NCBI GenBank assembly: GCA_963722255.1
Contig: CAVRJO010000001.1
Coordinates: 768,001-832,000 of the forward strand
Length of the DNA stretch: 64,000 nt
Reading direction: 5' to 3'
From: Candidatus Babeliales bacterium
GTDB lineage: Bacteria > Babelota > Babeliae > Babelales > JANWKD01
The notes under the pieces are model-generated. The model did not search any database. It was not told where the DNA came from and saw nothing but the letters and a program-made list of their open reading frames with translations. This document shows positions 29,383-38,972 of the stretch, in pieces. How positions within the stretch are numbered: position 1 is the first letter of the stretch; every line of letters begins with the position of its first letter. Position numbers and translations under genes: made by a program.

Positions 29383-29822
29383 TGGTGGAGGCGATGGGAA
29401 TCGAACCCATGTCCGCAACATATCAAGCTCAAAGCACGCTACATGTTTAGTTTTCGAATATACTGTGCCAAACCTCGAAAACAGAATATTTAAGCACAGC
29501 CCAGTTCAGTATTTTTTCTAGTTACACTCCTGGAAGAATTCTTACTAGAAAGTCTTATCTTGTATTATACGTGTCAGCGCAACTGATAAGCACGCCTTGC
29601 TGACAAGTTTTCAAATAGCTTTAAGCTTATTACGCTGCAGCTGCGGCACTCCAAGTGCCGAATGCATTTGCGCTAACATAGCCTAAATGTGCTAATGAAG
29701 AATCGCCTTTTACAGCGTTTGCATTTTTTGCATTTATAGTTTGACCGCTTTTTCCAAGTTCTCAGCCGAAACTCGACATGCTCTTTGACCCATCAATACC
29801 ACGTCGAAGCCTGTACGCCCCC
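29383..29822 (-). ncRNA. ssrA: tmRNA copy 2 (440 nt), tag AKNANAVKGDSSLAHLGYVSANAFGTWSAAAAA**
   Basis: Same termini as copy 1; resume codon GCA at 29731; 33 codons, then TAA TAA (29632-29627); pseudoknot stems intact. Confidence 0.95.
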
Positions 29823-29851
29823 AAAATTTCAAAGAAATATACTTTATTTTT

Positions 29852-29880
29852 AGAATAACAATGCATTGACAAAATGTCAA
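29852..29880 (-). promoter_or_regulatory. Sigma70-like promoter of tmRNA-2
   Basis: TTGACA-N17-TATTCT with TGn extension. Confidence 0.6.
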
Positions 29881-29897
29881 AAATACCTGTTATTTTC

Positions 29898-31081
29898 CTT
29901 AACACCTGACAAAATTTAACACTCATCAAAGACTCTGTTTTGCAAAAAGTGTATACTTTGTGAAAAACAAAGGAGTAAATAAGGTGAGAATGATGGGTGG
30001 ATCAATAATACACTTGGCAAAAGTTATCGAAGAAGATTTAGCAGAGAGAGATATACGTTTAAGCAAGCCACAAAGGATAGGTTTGGCAGATTTGCATCAG
30101 CAGCATCAGTAATAACATGTCGCAATGTTAACACATCAGAATTAGCAACAGTGCTGCCAAGAAAAGTCAAAAGTGATGAGGAGCGTTATCGCTATATTAA
30201 TCGTTGGCTTGCCAATGATAAAATTGATTGTGATACGTTACTAGAAGGCTTTATCCCTGAATTAATAGAACTTATACATGCAAATGGCCAGATCATTGTT
30301 TTATCAATGGATCAAAGTCAAATCAATAAAGAATTTGAATGTCTTATGGTTTCATTGCGAATTGGAGAACGTGCTATTCCTGTTGCATGGCGAGTAATTA
30401 AAACGCAAGGAGAAATTGGCTTTACCATTCAAAAACAACTGCTTGAGGCGGTGTTTGCTAACATACCAAGCTATGCAAAAATTATTTTAATGGCGGATAG
30501 ATTCTATGGGAATCCTGCGCTTATCCAATTATGTCAAAGTTTCAAATGGCGATACCGCATTCGCTTGAAAGGTAATCTTATTCTTTTTCATCATGGTGGG
30601 GAATTGAGTTCTGGCGAGCTTATCAGATTAAAACAAACATCGTTGTGCAATGTTCAGTTGACATTATAATTCTGGCGTTACAACTAACATTGGTGCACTA
30701 CAAGATGAAGGCAAAGATGAACCTTGGATCATTGCTATGGATTGTGTTCCTACCGAATATAAAGTTCTTGATTATGGCATGCGATGGTCTATTGAGCCTA
30801 TGTTCTCAGACTTTAAATCAAGAGGCTTTGATATCACTACTACTCAGTTACGCCATGCAGAACGAATAGAACGTCTTATTCTTGTTTTAAGTGTTGCTTA
30901 TTATTGGGCTGTTTCCACCGGCATGCAGCCAGATCTTGAGCGTGCAAAACGTTCTAAAAAAAAACTGCGCGCAGTTTAACTTCCTTTTTCAAAAAAGGTA
31001 TTCGCTTTCTTCTGAAAGCCGCACTGTCATTGCTGGAAATTCCCCCTTTATGGCTTACTTTTAAAATTGTCAGGTGTTAAG
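29898..31081 (+). mobile_element. IS4-family insertion sequence, 1184 bp
   Basis: Perfect 15-bp IRs CTTAACACCTGACAA / TTGTCAGGTGTTAAG; 9-bp direct repeat GTTATTTTC at 29889-29897 and 31082-31090. Confidence 0.92.
29989..31080 (+). pseudogene. IS4-family transposase, frameshifted near 30095, near 30663 and at the A9 run 30956-30964
   Basis: Fragments LSMDQS, LMADRFYG, YGMRWSIEPMFSDFKSRGF, RSLTSFFKKG in different frames; final stop lies inside the right IR. Confidence 0.85.
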
Positions 31082-31330
31082 GTTATTTTCCTCTAGATCT
31101 GCGTATGGCTGCATACTATAATATCTTAAATAACTCCATTTATCTTGATTTGCTGTGAAGCAATTTTGCAGGCCAGGTCAATCGATCGTCCTGCTTCTCT
31201 TATACTTTTGTTAGGAGCCCATTCCTTTTAAGTATTTAAATTTCAATTAGAAATAAAGATTGACTTTTAATATAATTCGTATATTCTTAAAATTAAAGTA
31301 AAAAAGATGTGTAAGAAATCATAAGGGCTT

Positions 31331-32674
31331 ATGGAGGATTTTATGGAAAGAAAAATGAATTTATTAAAACTATTTTTTACCGTTCAATTATTTACTCTTC
31401 CTTTCTATCTTCTATGCATGAAAGAGTCCGATATTAACGAAATTCTTTTTCCTGAAGGTAAAAACTTTAATTTTTATATCACTCATGATGATCAAAATCT
31501 TCAGTCAGAAAAAGTAGAGCTTTCACAAAATGAAGTAAAACTTCTGATAAAAGCTACATCAATAAGAAATCTAGTCTTAGATACTTATGATTGTACAAAT
31601 TTTAGTGAACAATCTGATTATTATTTCGTAATACAATCCATTGTCGATCTGAATCAATTGAAAAAATTTTTAGAGCAAGTTTCATCAAGCTTATGTAGTG
31701 ATGAAATTATGCTTGATCAGTATGATCAAATATCATTAAACAATATACTAAATAGTTTAAATTTAGAGCCTCATGATGTCGCCAGTTGGGCACAGATTTA
31801 TCAAATTTTAGGTTTTGAAAATGAATATTTAAAATCAATAATTAATCATCATGCTCTTCAAATAGATTTGTATAACCTCGAGAATAATTTACCACAGTTG
31901 CAAGACTTTATAGGGGTAACAAAATTACAAAATCAAAGAGAATTTGATCTATTTCAATTTTTGATTAAGAATCATCCACAAACTTGCATTCGACAACAAA
32001 AGCTGCGACCATTTGCAGAACATGAAGAACAGGCAATACCTTATTATGTAAAACTAAGTAATGACGGCAAAACACTCCTCTATGTTGTTAGAAAGCGCCA
32101 TATATATAATACTATAACACCTTTATTAACAGCTATTATTTATAAAAAGAATCAATGCACTAATAAATTTGAAGAAAATTTACGCGTCGAAGATGTAATT
32201 TGTGCTGGTCTTGATCCTAAAAGCTCATCTTTTGCAGTAATTAGGGAAGACTATGAAAAACTTCTCACCTTAAATCTTCATATGTGTCAAGATTCTGATC
32301 AATATGAATTAACGCATTCCGTGAAACTAATTATACCAGCATATTATTATAATCGCCAAGTTGAATTTTTTGATTCACAAAATCAAAAAATTGGATGCAC
32401 CAAATACCAACTACCTTCAATTTTTTTCACTGCAAGAAACGAGCTTTACTTTAAAATAGAATCCTTCGAGCCCGTCTTGCTTACTCTAAAAGACTTAACA
32501 AAGGAAAGCGATTTAAAGTTAAAATCGAATCCGCGACTTGATAAATATTACCAGGAAATGATTACTGTTAATAATAACGGATCTTGTGTCTACCTAAGAA
32601 AAAAAAGACAGAATATAATCAAACCGAAGGATATCATATTGCTTCTAAAAACCTTGATGAAGGAAAAGAAATAA
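31331..32674 (+). CDS. Secreted WD40/beta-propeller-like protein, N-terminal part
   Basis: GGAGG RBS; signal peptide LLC-MKE; LSNDGKTLL; frame changes at the A8 run 32599-32606. Confidence 0.7.
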   Translation: MEDFMERKMNLLKLFFTVQLFTLPFYLLCMKESDINEILFPEGKNFNFYITHDDQNLQSEKVELSQNEVKLLIKATSIRNLVLDTYDCTNFSEQSDYYFVIQSIVDLNQLKKFLEQVSSSLCSDEIMLDQYDQISLNNILNSLNLEPHDVASWAQIYQILGFENEYLKSIINHHALQIDLYNLENNLPQLQDFIGVTKLQNQREFDLFQFLIKNHPQTCIRQQKLRPFAEHEEQAIPYYVKLSNDGKTLLYVVRKRHIYNTITPLLTAIIYKKNQCTNKFEENLRVEDVICAGLDPKSSSFAVIREDYEKLLTLNLHMCQDSDQYELTHSVKLIIPAYYYNRQVEFFDSQNQKIGCTKYQLPSIFFTARNELYFKIESFEPVLLTLKDLTKESDLKLKSNPRLDKYYQEMITVNNNGSCVYLRKKRQNIIKPKDIILLLKTLMKEKK

Positions 32675-33441
32675 TACACATCAAAAAACTTTACAATGCA
32701 GCAACAATACCATATTTAGGCCTCTCTGATAATAATATTGTTTTACAACTAATATCCGATAGAATATTTGATGAAGAAACCGACAACTATTTAGGACCTC
32801 TTGATACTGAACAAAATCTACTTCCCGATCAATTTGCAAGAAATCCGATAAATGCAGGAGCAATAAGCTCAGATGGCTCTATCGCATTATTATGTCAAGA
32901 CGAAGGGAATATTTATCTTTATGATATTGACCACGACATTATATCAAAAATAGTTCATCATTCTAAAAAGAAGAATATAATCAACTATGGAGCTCAATAT
33001 TCACATAAAATTGAAGCTTTCGATCTATCAGCAATTCGTGCTCTTGAAACCAATCAAAACGGAACCGAATTTGTAGCTGCCCGCGCAACCGGCGTCTTAG
33101 AATTTTACACATCTGACTATGCCAAATTAAAAGATGAATTTATTCGAAATGAAGAAAATCTTATTGCTTTAAAAAAAGTCTTTTATCTCCAAAATATGAA
33201 AATATCTCGTCGCCCAATCAATATTTCAAGTTTTTACCATCAATTACCACGATGGATACAATCAACAGTTAAAAAAAAGCTTAATGTCCGTACCGGTTGG
33301 GGCCTTCAAAGTACCATTGATCTCATGCGAAACAATGCTATACCTTTTCGCTACAAACTTGAAGCAGCTTTTCCATACGTAGTTGGCGCTTCAACAATTG
33401 TCGTTGGTGGCTATTTTGCAGCAAAAAAACTTCTTTCTTAA
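32584..33441 (+). CDS. C-terminal part of the same protein (WD40-like plus tail anchor)
   Basis: AISSDGSIALL..GNIYLYDI; ends YVVGASTIVVGGYFAAKKLLS. Confidence 0.65.
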   Translation: MCLPKKKKTEYNQTEGYHIASKNLDEGKEIIHIKKLYNAATIPYLGLSDNNIVLQLISDRIFDEETDNYLGPLDTEQNLLPDQFARNPINAGAISSDGSIALLCQDEGNIYLYDIDHDIISKIVHHSKKKNIINYGAQYSHKIEAFDLSAIRALETNQNGTEFVAARATGVLEFYTSDYAKLKDEFIRNEENLIALKKVFYLQNMKISRRPINISSFYHQLPRWIQSTVKKKLNVRTGWGLQSTIDLMRNNAIPFRYKLEAAFPYVVGASTIVVGGYFAAKKLLS

Positions 33442-33466
33442 GAAAATTATAGGACTTTTACTTATA

Positions 33467-34837
33467 TCAGCATATTTGAGTATACAAAAGTTTAGACTTT
33501 TTGCTTTCAATGCCGTGATCAACCATCGGTAACGGATAACCGTTAATCTTCGTTTTTTGTTTAAACCAGGTATGAATAACCGACTGAGGTACATTTTTGA
33601 GCTCTGGAATCCATCGCTTAATATAAATACACTGATTATCAAATTTTTTTTGCTGTAACCAAGGATTGAAAACTCTAAAATAGGGTTGTGAATCAGATCC
33701 GGTTGAAGCTACCCATTGCCAATTTCCATTATTAACACATGGATCATAATCAACAAGATTTTGTGCAAAATAACGCTCTCCCCATTGCCAATCAATATGT
33801 AAATCTTTTACTAAAAATGAACCAACTATTAAACGCAACCTATTATGCATAAATCCCGTAGCATTAAGTTCTCGCATGCCTGCATCAACAAGAGGAAATC
33901 CAGTACTACCTTGGCACCAACGCTTAAATAATTTTGTATTCTGTGACCATGCAATATTGGCATATTTTGCACGAAAGGGCTGACCAAAAACAAAGGGAGA
34001 AAAGTAGGCTGCAGAATAAAAAAAATCCCGCCAATAGAGCTGCCGCAACAAAGGATGGTTAATGCCTAATACTTTTTTTATTGTATGATAAACTTGCCTA
34101 ATAGAAACAGTCCCAAACTTATTATGTGCTGATAGATGCGTGGTTGCGATCGCAGGAAAATCATGTTCCTGAGTATAGTTTTTAAATGTATGAATATTTT
34201 TTAAAATTTTTTCCGCTTGTACAGTTCCGCCGAGAATAGTACACTGCTCATTTTTTGATTCAATACAGTCGTATACCGTATATTTTTTGTGTCCTGCTAT
34301 GGGTTGCTTATAAAAATTGTCACCCACCAATTTTTCAGACAAAGTCACCGGCAATTGGCGAGATCGTTTATAAAAAGGGGTAAATACACTATATGGTTCA
34401 CCATTGTTAGTTGCAACCTCTTCAGGCTCATGCAACAGTGCATCATTAATTTGATAAAAATCTACCCCATAATGAACTGCTTTTTTATGCAGAGCTTCAT
34501 CACGATGCAAGCTAAAGGGAGTATAATCACGACACACATACACAGCGTTAATTTTTTCTTGAGCAATAAGTTTTTCAACAACTTCATCAGCTTTTCCAAA
34601 AAAAGTATACAAACGAGCACCATGTTTTTTTAGCTGCTGCCTAAGATCTTCTATTGATTCAAACATAAATTGCAACGCATTTTCTGAACGATATTTGTTT
34701 TTTTCTGTAATTTGACGTGGATCAAAAATAAAGCAGGGAACTACTTTTTCAGAACTTCTGAGCGCTTCATTAAGCCCTTTATTATCATGCAAACGAAGGT
34801 CTCGCCTAAATATAAATAAACTTTTTTTATAGCTCAT
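33467..34837 (-). CDS. phr: DNA photolyase / cryptochrome-family protein
   Basis: FRRDLRLHDN, RQLYWRDF, TGFPLVDAGMREL, GFMHNRLR, DYDPCVNNGNWQW. Confidence 0.93.
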   Translation of the reverse strand: MSYKKSLFIFRRDLRLHDNKGLNEALRSSEKVVPCFIFDPRQITEKNKYRSENALQFMFESIEDLRQQLKKHGARLYTFFGKADEVVEKLIAQEKINAVYVCRDYTPFSLHRDEALHKKAVHYGVDFYQINDALLHEPEEVATNNGEPYSVFTPFYKRSRQLPVTLSEKLVGDNFYKQPIAGHKKYTVYDCIESKNEQCTILGGTVQAEKILKNIHTFKNYTQEHDFPAIATTHLSAHNKFGTVSIRQVYHTIKKVLGINHPLLRQLYWRDFFYSAAYFSPFVFGQPFRAKYANIAWSQNTKLFKRWCQGSTGFPLVDAGMRELNATGFMHNRLRLIVGSFLVKDLHIDWQWGERYFAQNLVDYDPCVNNGNWQWVASTGSDSQPYFRVFNPWLQQKKFDNQCIYIKRWIPELKNVPQSVIHTWFKQKTKINGYPLPMVDHGIESKKSKLLYTQIC

Positions 34838-34951
34838 ACTTAACTCTTTTTTACTGAAAGACCCCTATACATATTTTTTTACTAACTTACGTATCTAAGT
34901 ATAAAGAAAGGGGATATTTAAAAAGAACAGTTTTATAAACATTAATCTGTG

Positions 34952-36307
34952 TTAGTTGTTTTTTGATTTTTCATGCTCATTAAATAAGCCAACGAGCTCG
35001 GGAAACCTATCCTTATTCAATTCTGCGAATTGACGAGGAGTTTGATATCCGCCTTCCGTATATATATAATATTCTTTATCTATATCAGCCTCATGGTCTA
35101 ATAAAAATTTAATTAGCTCGATTTCTTTCTCTTCCAGTTCTTCTATTGAGATTCCAGATTGTACCAATTTTTCAGATAACATTAATAATACACAGCCGAA
35201 TAATGAAGTCGAAAGACTACTAACGCCATATACCCCATAATTTGGGCTAATATCTTTACTTACTAACTCCCTAATTATATCGTAATATACAGCTTTATAA
35301 ATGCTCGGAATATAAAAGCCTAGGCAAAAGCATTCTTTTAATTTTTCTTTAATTAGATCAATATCGAGATTTTTATTACGCAATAAAGCCAGTGCAGTAT
35401 AAGGTGATGTAGCAAAAGCTAACACGAATGGAATCTGATTATAGTTTGCATTTAATAAATATGGGTGTTGTTTTTTTTCTTCAGTATAGTTTTGAGTTCG
35501 CATGTTACTATCTGCTCCACTTTGTAGTAAATAATTAGCTAGGCAGGGCAATCCATTGTTAATTGCTATGTGAAATAAGTTGTGGCTGCAAATAAATAAA
35601 TTAGGACTAATACCTAGAGCAATGAGATATCGTAGAGATTCATCAATTGGGCTATTTGTTTCATTGTAATGGTTTTTTTCCAGAACAGGCAGGCCAGGAG
35701 GTGTTCTATATTTTCGTAATTGAATTATTTTCAAAAAAATATTCTTAATGGTGCCGCAAATAGTTTGATCTTTTGTGTTACCAGTTAAGCTCTCGAAGTT
35801 TAATTCTTTAATTACTCCTGGATGCAATGAATTAAATAATTTAGGTATTGTTGCTCTCTTAAAGACATCAGTGAATAAATGGTCATTAAATTTTTTAACT
35901 CTCGCTATCGATGCTAGATCCATTAATGCAGCTTTAAAATCTTTTTTTGTTGTTATCGATTCAGATATTGTTTGCAACAAAATTGACATCCATATTTCGG
36001 ATGGAATGAAAAATTCCCCATCTTCACTTTGAACTAATGAAATATCTTTTCTACCGGTATATGCTTGCTCTTGCGATTCTCTTTCAGATTCTATGTTAGT
36101 GCCCCATGCTTTTGAGTATATTACTAAAGGAGCATAAGCTTCTCTTATTTCAATATTTTTTTTAATTTCATTGAATAGAGAAGGCATCTGCGCTCCATCT
36201 TTATCACAACAGTACATTAAAGATGATGCAAATAGGCTTATACAAGGTATCAAAAAAGCAAAAAAAATTTGTTGTTTAGCAAATAGAGAATTAAAATATT
36301 TTATCAT
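34952..36307 (-). CDS. Secreted F-box-like + ankyrin-repeat protein
   Basis: IPSEIWMSILL..LASIARVKKF; NLFHIAINNG..YLLQSGADSN. Confidence 0.75.
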   Translation of the reverse strand: MIKYFNSLFAKQQIFFAFLIPCISLFASSLMYCCDKDGAQMPSLFNEIKKNIEIREAYAPLVIYSKAWGTNIESERESQEQAYTGRKDISLVQSEDGEFFIPSEIWMSILLQTISESITTKKDFKAALMDLASIARVKKFNDHLFTDVFKRATIPKLFNSLHPGVIKELNFESLTGNTKDQTICGTIKNIFLKIIQLRKYRTPPGLPVLEKNHYNETNSPIDESLRYLIALGISPNLFICSHNLFHIAINNGLPCLANYLLQSGADSNMRTQNYTEEKKQHPYLLNANYNQIPFVLAFATSPYTALALLRNKNLDIDLIKEKLKECFCLGFYIPSIYKAVYYDIIRELVSKDISPNYGVYGVSSLSTSLFGCVLLMLSEKLVQSGISIEELEEKEIELIKFLLDHEADIDKEYYIYTEGGYQTPRQFAELNKDRFPELVGLFNEHEKSKNN

Positions 36308-36442
36308 AATTATAATTTATTCTTTTCATATATGTTAAATAGGATTAATTTATAATACCTTGTATAAACGATTCACGCTAGTAAAAATCAGTTAATCCAA
36401 CCAAATCAGTAGGCCTTAAAAAAGATTTTAAAATCTTTTTAC

Positions 36443-38071
36443 TTAACTGTTTTTTGATTTTTCGTGCTCATTAAATAAATTAATAAGTCCAGGAAGATTA
36501 GTTCTATTTGATTCTGCAAATTGACGAGGAGTTTGCTCATCACGCACAAAATTTTTAAAAGATTTATTAAGATTTGCCCCTTTTATAAGTAAAAATTTAA
36601 TTAACTCTGGCTTTACCGCTGTTAATCCTTTACGAGCCGCTTCTTCCAAAACGTATCCAAACAACGTACCACTATCATTGATATCAGCATTGGGATCAAT
36701 ACCCTTCTTTACCAATTTTTTTATTACCTTACAAAACTTACTACGCTTATCATAATAATCACGTGAACTATGATACATGTCACGCCCGTCAAAACATCTT
36801 CTCAGGTTCTCTTTAATCAAATTTATATCAGCACCTTTTTGTAACAAAATAATTGCTGAGCGTGCTGAAAATTTACAAGCAAAAACAAAAGGAATGGAAT
36901 CTTCGTATAATTTTCGCTGATTAACTTCTTCGATAGGCTTTGCAAGGTTTCTACTTTTCATATTACAATCAGCCCCTTTTTCTAATAATTCTATTATAGC
37001 TTCACGGGCATCATTTATAATTGCGGCATGCAATAAATTATTATGGTTAACAAAAAAGTTTGGTGAAATACTAAAACCCAAAAGCCTCGTTATGGATTTA
37101 TTTAACCTCACATCTGTGTCCACACAACGATCACTTATTGAGAAAAAGCGGCACTCATTAATATCATGTAATACTTCTTTAAATGCCAGCATAAACTTTG
37201 ATGGATATGTTAACTCAATGCTACAAGATGACGACATCTTCTTATAAATTAACGGCCTATATTTCCAAACTTTATTTTTCACATGAAAATGAGGATTGTT
37301 CATAAAAATAGAATCAATTACTTCTGGAGTAACACAAAGAAGAAATCTTTCAACTATTCTTTGTGTTAACCATTCACCGCTAAGATAAGCATTGAATCGT
37401 TTGTTTACTCTTGTTAAATTAGCAAAAGAGTTCAGTATTACTTTAAATTCATTTAATGAAATATTTGTTTCCGGGACTATTTGCAAAAAAATCAACTCCC
37501 ACATTTCTTTATCCAAATATTCAATATGAACTAATGACGAATTTTTACCATTGGACACTTGCCCTTGCGATTCTCTTTCAGATTCTTTGTTAACAACCCA
37601 CGGTTTTGAATGCATTACTAAAGGGGTAGACACCATTCTTATTTTAATATTTTCTCGAATTTCTCTAAATATGCTCTTAGATGAATTAAAAGCTGTACTC
37701 TTAGTAGAATGAACAAGGCTTTCATTATCATGATAAAACTTTGAAAAAAACCCTAGTAAATTTGAAGGTACAATCTTTTTTGTGTTTATATAAGGATTCG
37801 CCCAAGGCTTAGGGACCTCTGCTGCGACCAGAAACGCTTTTCTTATTTCAATATTTTTTTTAATTTCATTGAATAGAGAAAGTTCCTGCGCACCTCTATT
37901 ACAACAGTAATTTAAAGATGATGTAAATAGGCTTATACAAGCTATCAAAAAAACAAAAAAAATCTGCTTTTTAAAAAATAGAGAATGAAAAGGCATCATT
38001 ATCGTAAAAATTTTCAGATATGCTATTATTATTATTTTAAAATACATTTCATATACAATGATAATATACAA
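36443..38071 (-). CDS. Secreted F-box-like + ankyrin-repeat protein, paralog of 34952..36307 (likely start 37999)
   Basis: LDKEMWELIFL..LTRVNKRF; NLLHAAII..LLEKGADCN; shared ending TPRQFAE..LFNEHEKSKN. Confidence 0.75.
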   Translation of the reverse strand: MYIIIVYEMYFKIIIIAYLKIFTIMMPFHSLFFKKQIFFVFLIACISLFTSSLNYCCNRGAQELSLFNEIKKNIEIRKAFLVAAEVPKPWANPYINTKKIVPSNLLGFFSKFYHDNESLVHSTKSTAFNSSKSIFREIRENIKIRMVSTPLVMHSKPWVVNKESERESQGQVSNGKNSSLVHIEYLDKEMWELIFLQIVPETNISLNEFKVILNSFANLTRVNKRFNAYLSGEWLTQRIVERFLLCVTPEVIDSIFMNNPHFHVKNKVWKYRPLIYKKMSSSCSIELTYPSKFMLAFKEVLHDINECRFFSISDRCVDTDVRLNKSITRLLGFSISPNFFVNHNNLLHAAIINDAREAIIELLEKGADCNMKSRNLAKPIEEVNQRKLYEDSIPFVFACKFSARSAIILLQKGADINLIKENLRRCFDGRDMYHSSRDYYDKRSKFCKVIKKLVKKGIDPNADINDSGTLFGYVLEEAARKGLTAVKPELIKFLLIKGANLNKSFKNFVRDEQTPRQFAESNRTNLPGLINLFNEHEKSKNS

Positions 38072-38103
38072 TCAGTAAAAATGCAATTGACTAATAATCC
38101 CTA

Positions 38104-38142
38104 TAAAAAAAGGCCTTTCCATTTGAGTTTAGAAAGGCCTTT
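38104..38142 (-). terminator. Intrinsic terminator
   Basis: AAAAAAAGGCCTTTC...GAAAGGCCTTT. Confidence 0.6.
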
Positions 38143-38183
38143 AATCATGTAAAATCAAATAAAAAATTATACGTTACTCAAAA

Positions 38184-38768
38184 TTAGCCTATTTGAAGTA
38201 TAACAATCGATGCATTAACGCTTAAAGGCTTTCCAAGCTTTCCAGCCGCTTTAAGATATGCAGGACCTTGGCCATTAGCAGGGCTATAATTTCTAAGCGT
38301 AATGACATCTCCCGCTTTAGCATTAATTATTAATTGGCCATACTCTTTTCCTAGCTTATCAGCAACATCCGGTATCGATTCGTATGATCCCCCAGGAACT
38401 GCTACATTATTTACAAAAAGCACAAATGATGAAGCAAAAAGACCTTGCGTTAAAAAATTAATCAAGTAAACACCATCATTATTTATTACAATATCACTCG
38501 TGCCCGTTGTATGCGTAATAGATAAAGACATAGGACCATTAGAATCAAAAAGAATGGCATTACCAGGATTTATAGTTTGATCATTTAAATTATAGATATA
38601 AGCATAGCTGAATGACGCGAGCAGACCCTCACGGGATCCTATTTTACGCTGCTGAGCAGCCTGAATACCAATACTAATACAAAACAAAACGGCTAAACTA
38701 GATCTTTTTAACATACTAACCCCTTTACAGAAAAAAACATTTAAATATATTATATTTGAATTTAACAA
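38184..38768 (-). CDS. Secreted BclA C-terminal (C1q/TNF-like) domain protein (likely start 38714)
   Basis: YAYIYN..QTINPGNAILFDSNG..GVYLINF..GDVITLRN..VNASIVILQI. Confidence 0.75.
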   Translation of the reverse strand: MLNSNIIYLNVFFCKGVSMLKRSSLAVLFCISIGIQAAQQRKIGSREGLLASFSYAYIYNLNDQTINPGNAILFDSNGPMSLSITHTTGTSDIVINNDGVYLINFLTQGLFASSFVLFVNNVAVPGGSYESIPDVADKLGKEYGQLIINAKAGDVITLRNYSPANGQGPAYLKAAGKLGKPLSVNASIVILQIG

Positions 38769-38972
38769 AAATAGTTTATACTTTTCAATAGTTTTACAAA
38801 AAGTACAAAAAGGTTCACTCTGTAATTACGAACAAATTTTCTAATATCAGTCCTTCCACAAACATCCTCTACGCAGGTTGTCTTTAGGCGATAAAAATCA
38901 ACTAAGCATTCAACACTCTTGTTTTTTTTGTTCCAAAAAGTCTATAATGAGTGAAAGAAAAAAAAATAACAG

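Noticed and set aside
27232..29430. Genomic island bounded by attL/attR copies of the tmRNA 3' end
   Set aside because: Both copies include the 5' end, tag frame, pseudoknots and promoter, and there is no integrase between or beside them
31160..31200. SRP (4.5S) or 6S RNA assignment for the structured region
   Set aside because: It lacks the SRP GNAA-loop/AGCAG motif and is too short for a 6S rod; kept only as an unassigned candidate
33467..34837. Photolyase as a novelty in a presumed intracellular bacterium
   Set aside because: Widespread family, readily explained by a light-exposed extracellular stage
38848..38907. Possible riboswitch upstream of the BclA-like gene
   Set aside because: Slightly GC-rich, but I could not match any aptamer consensus or find convincing stems
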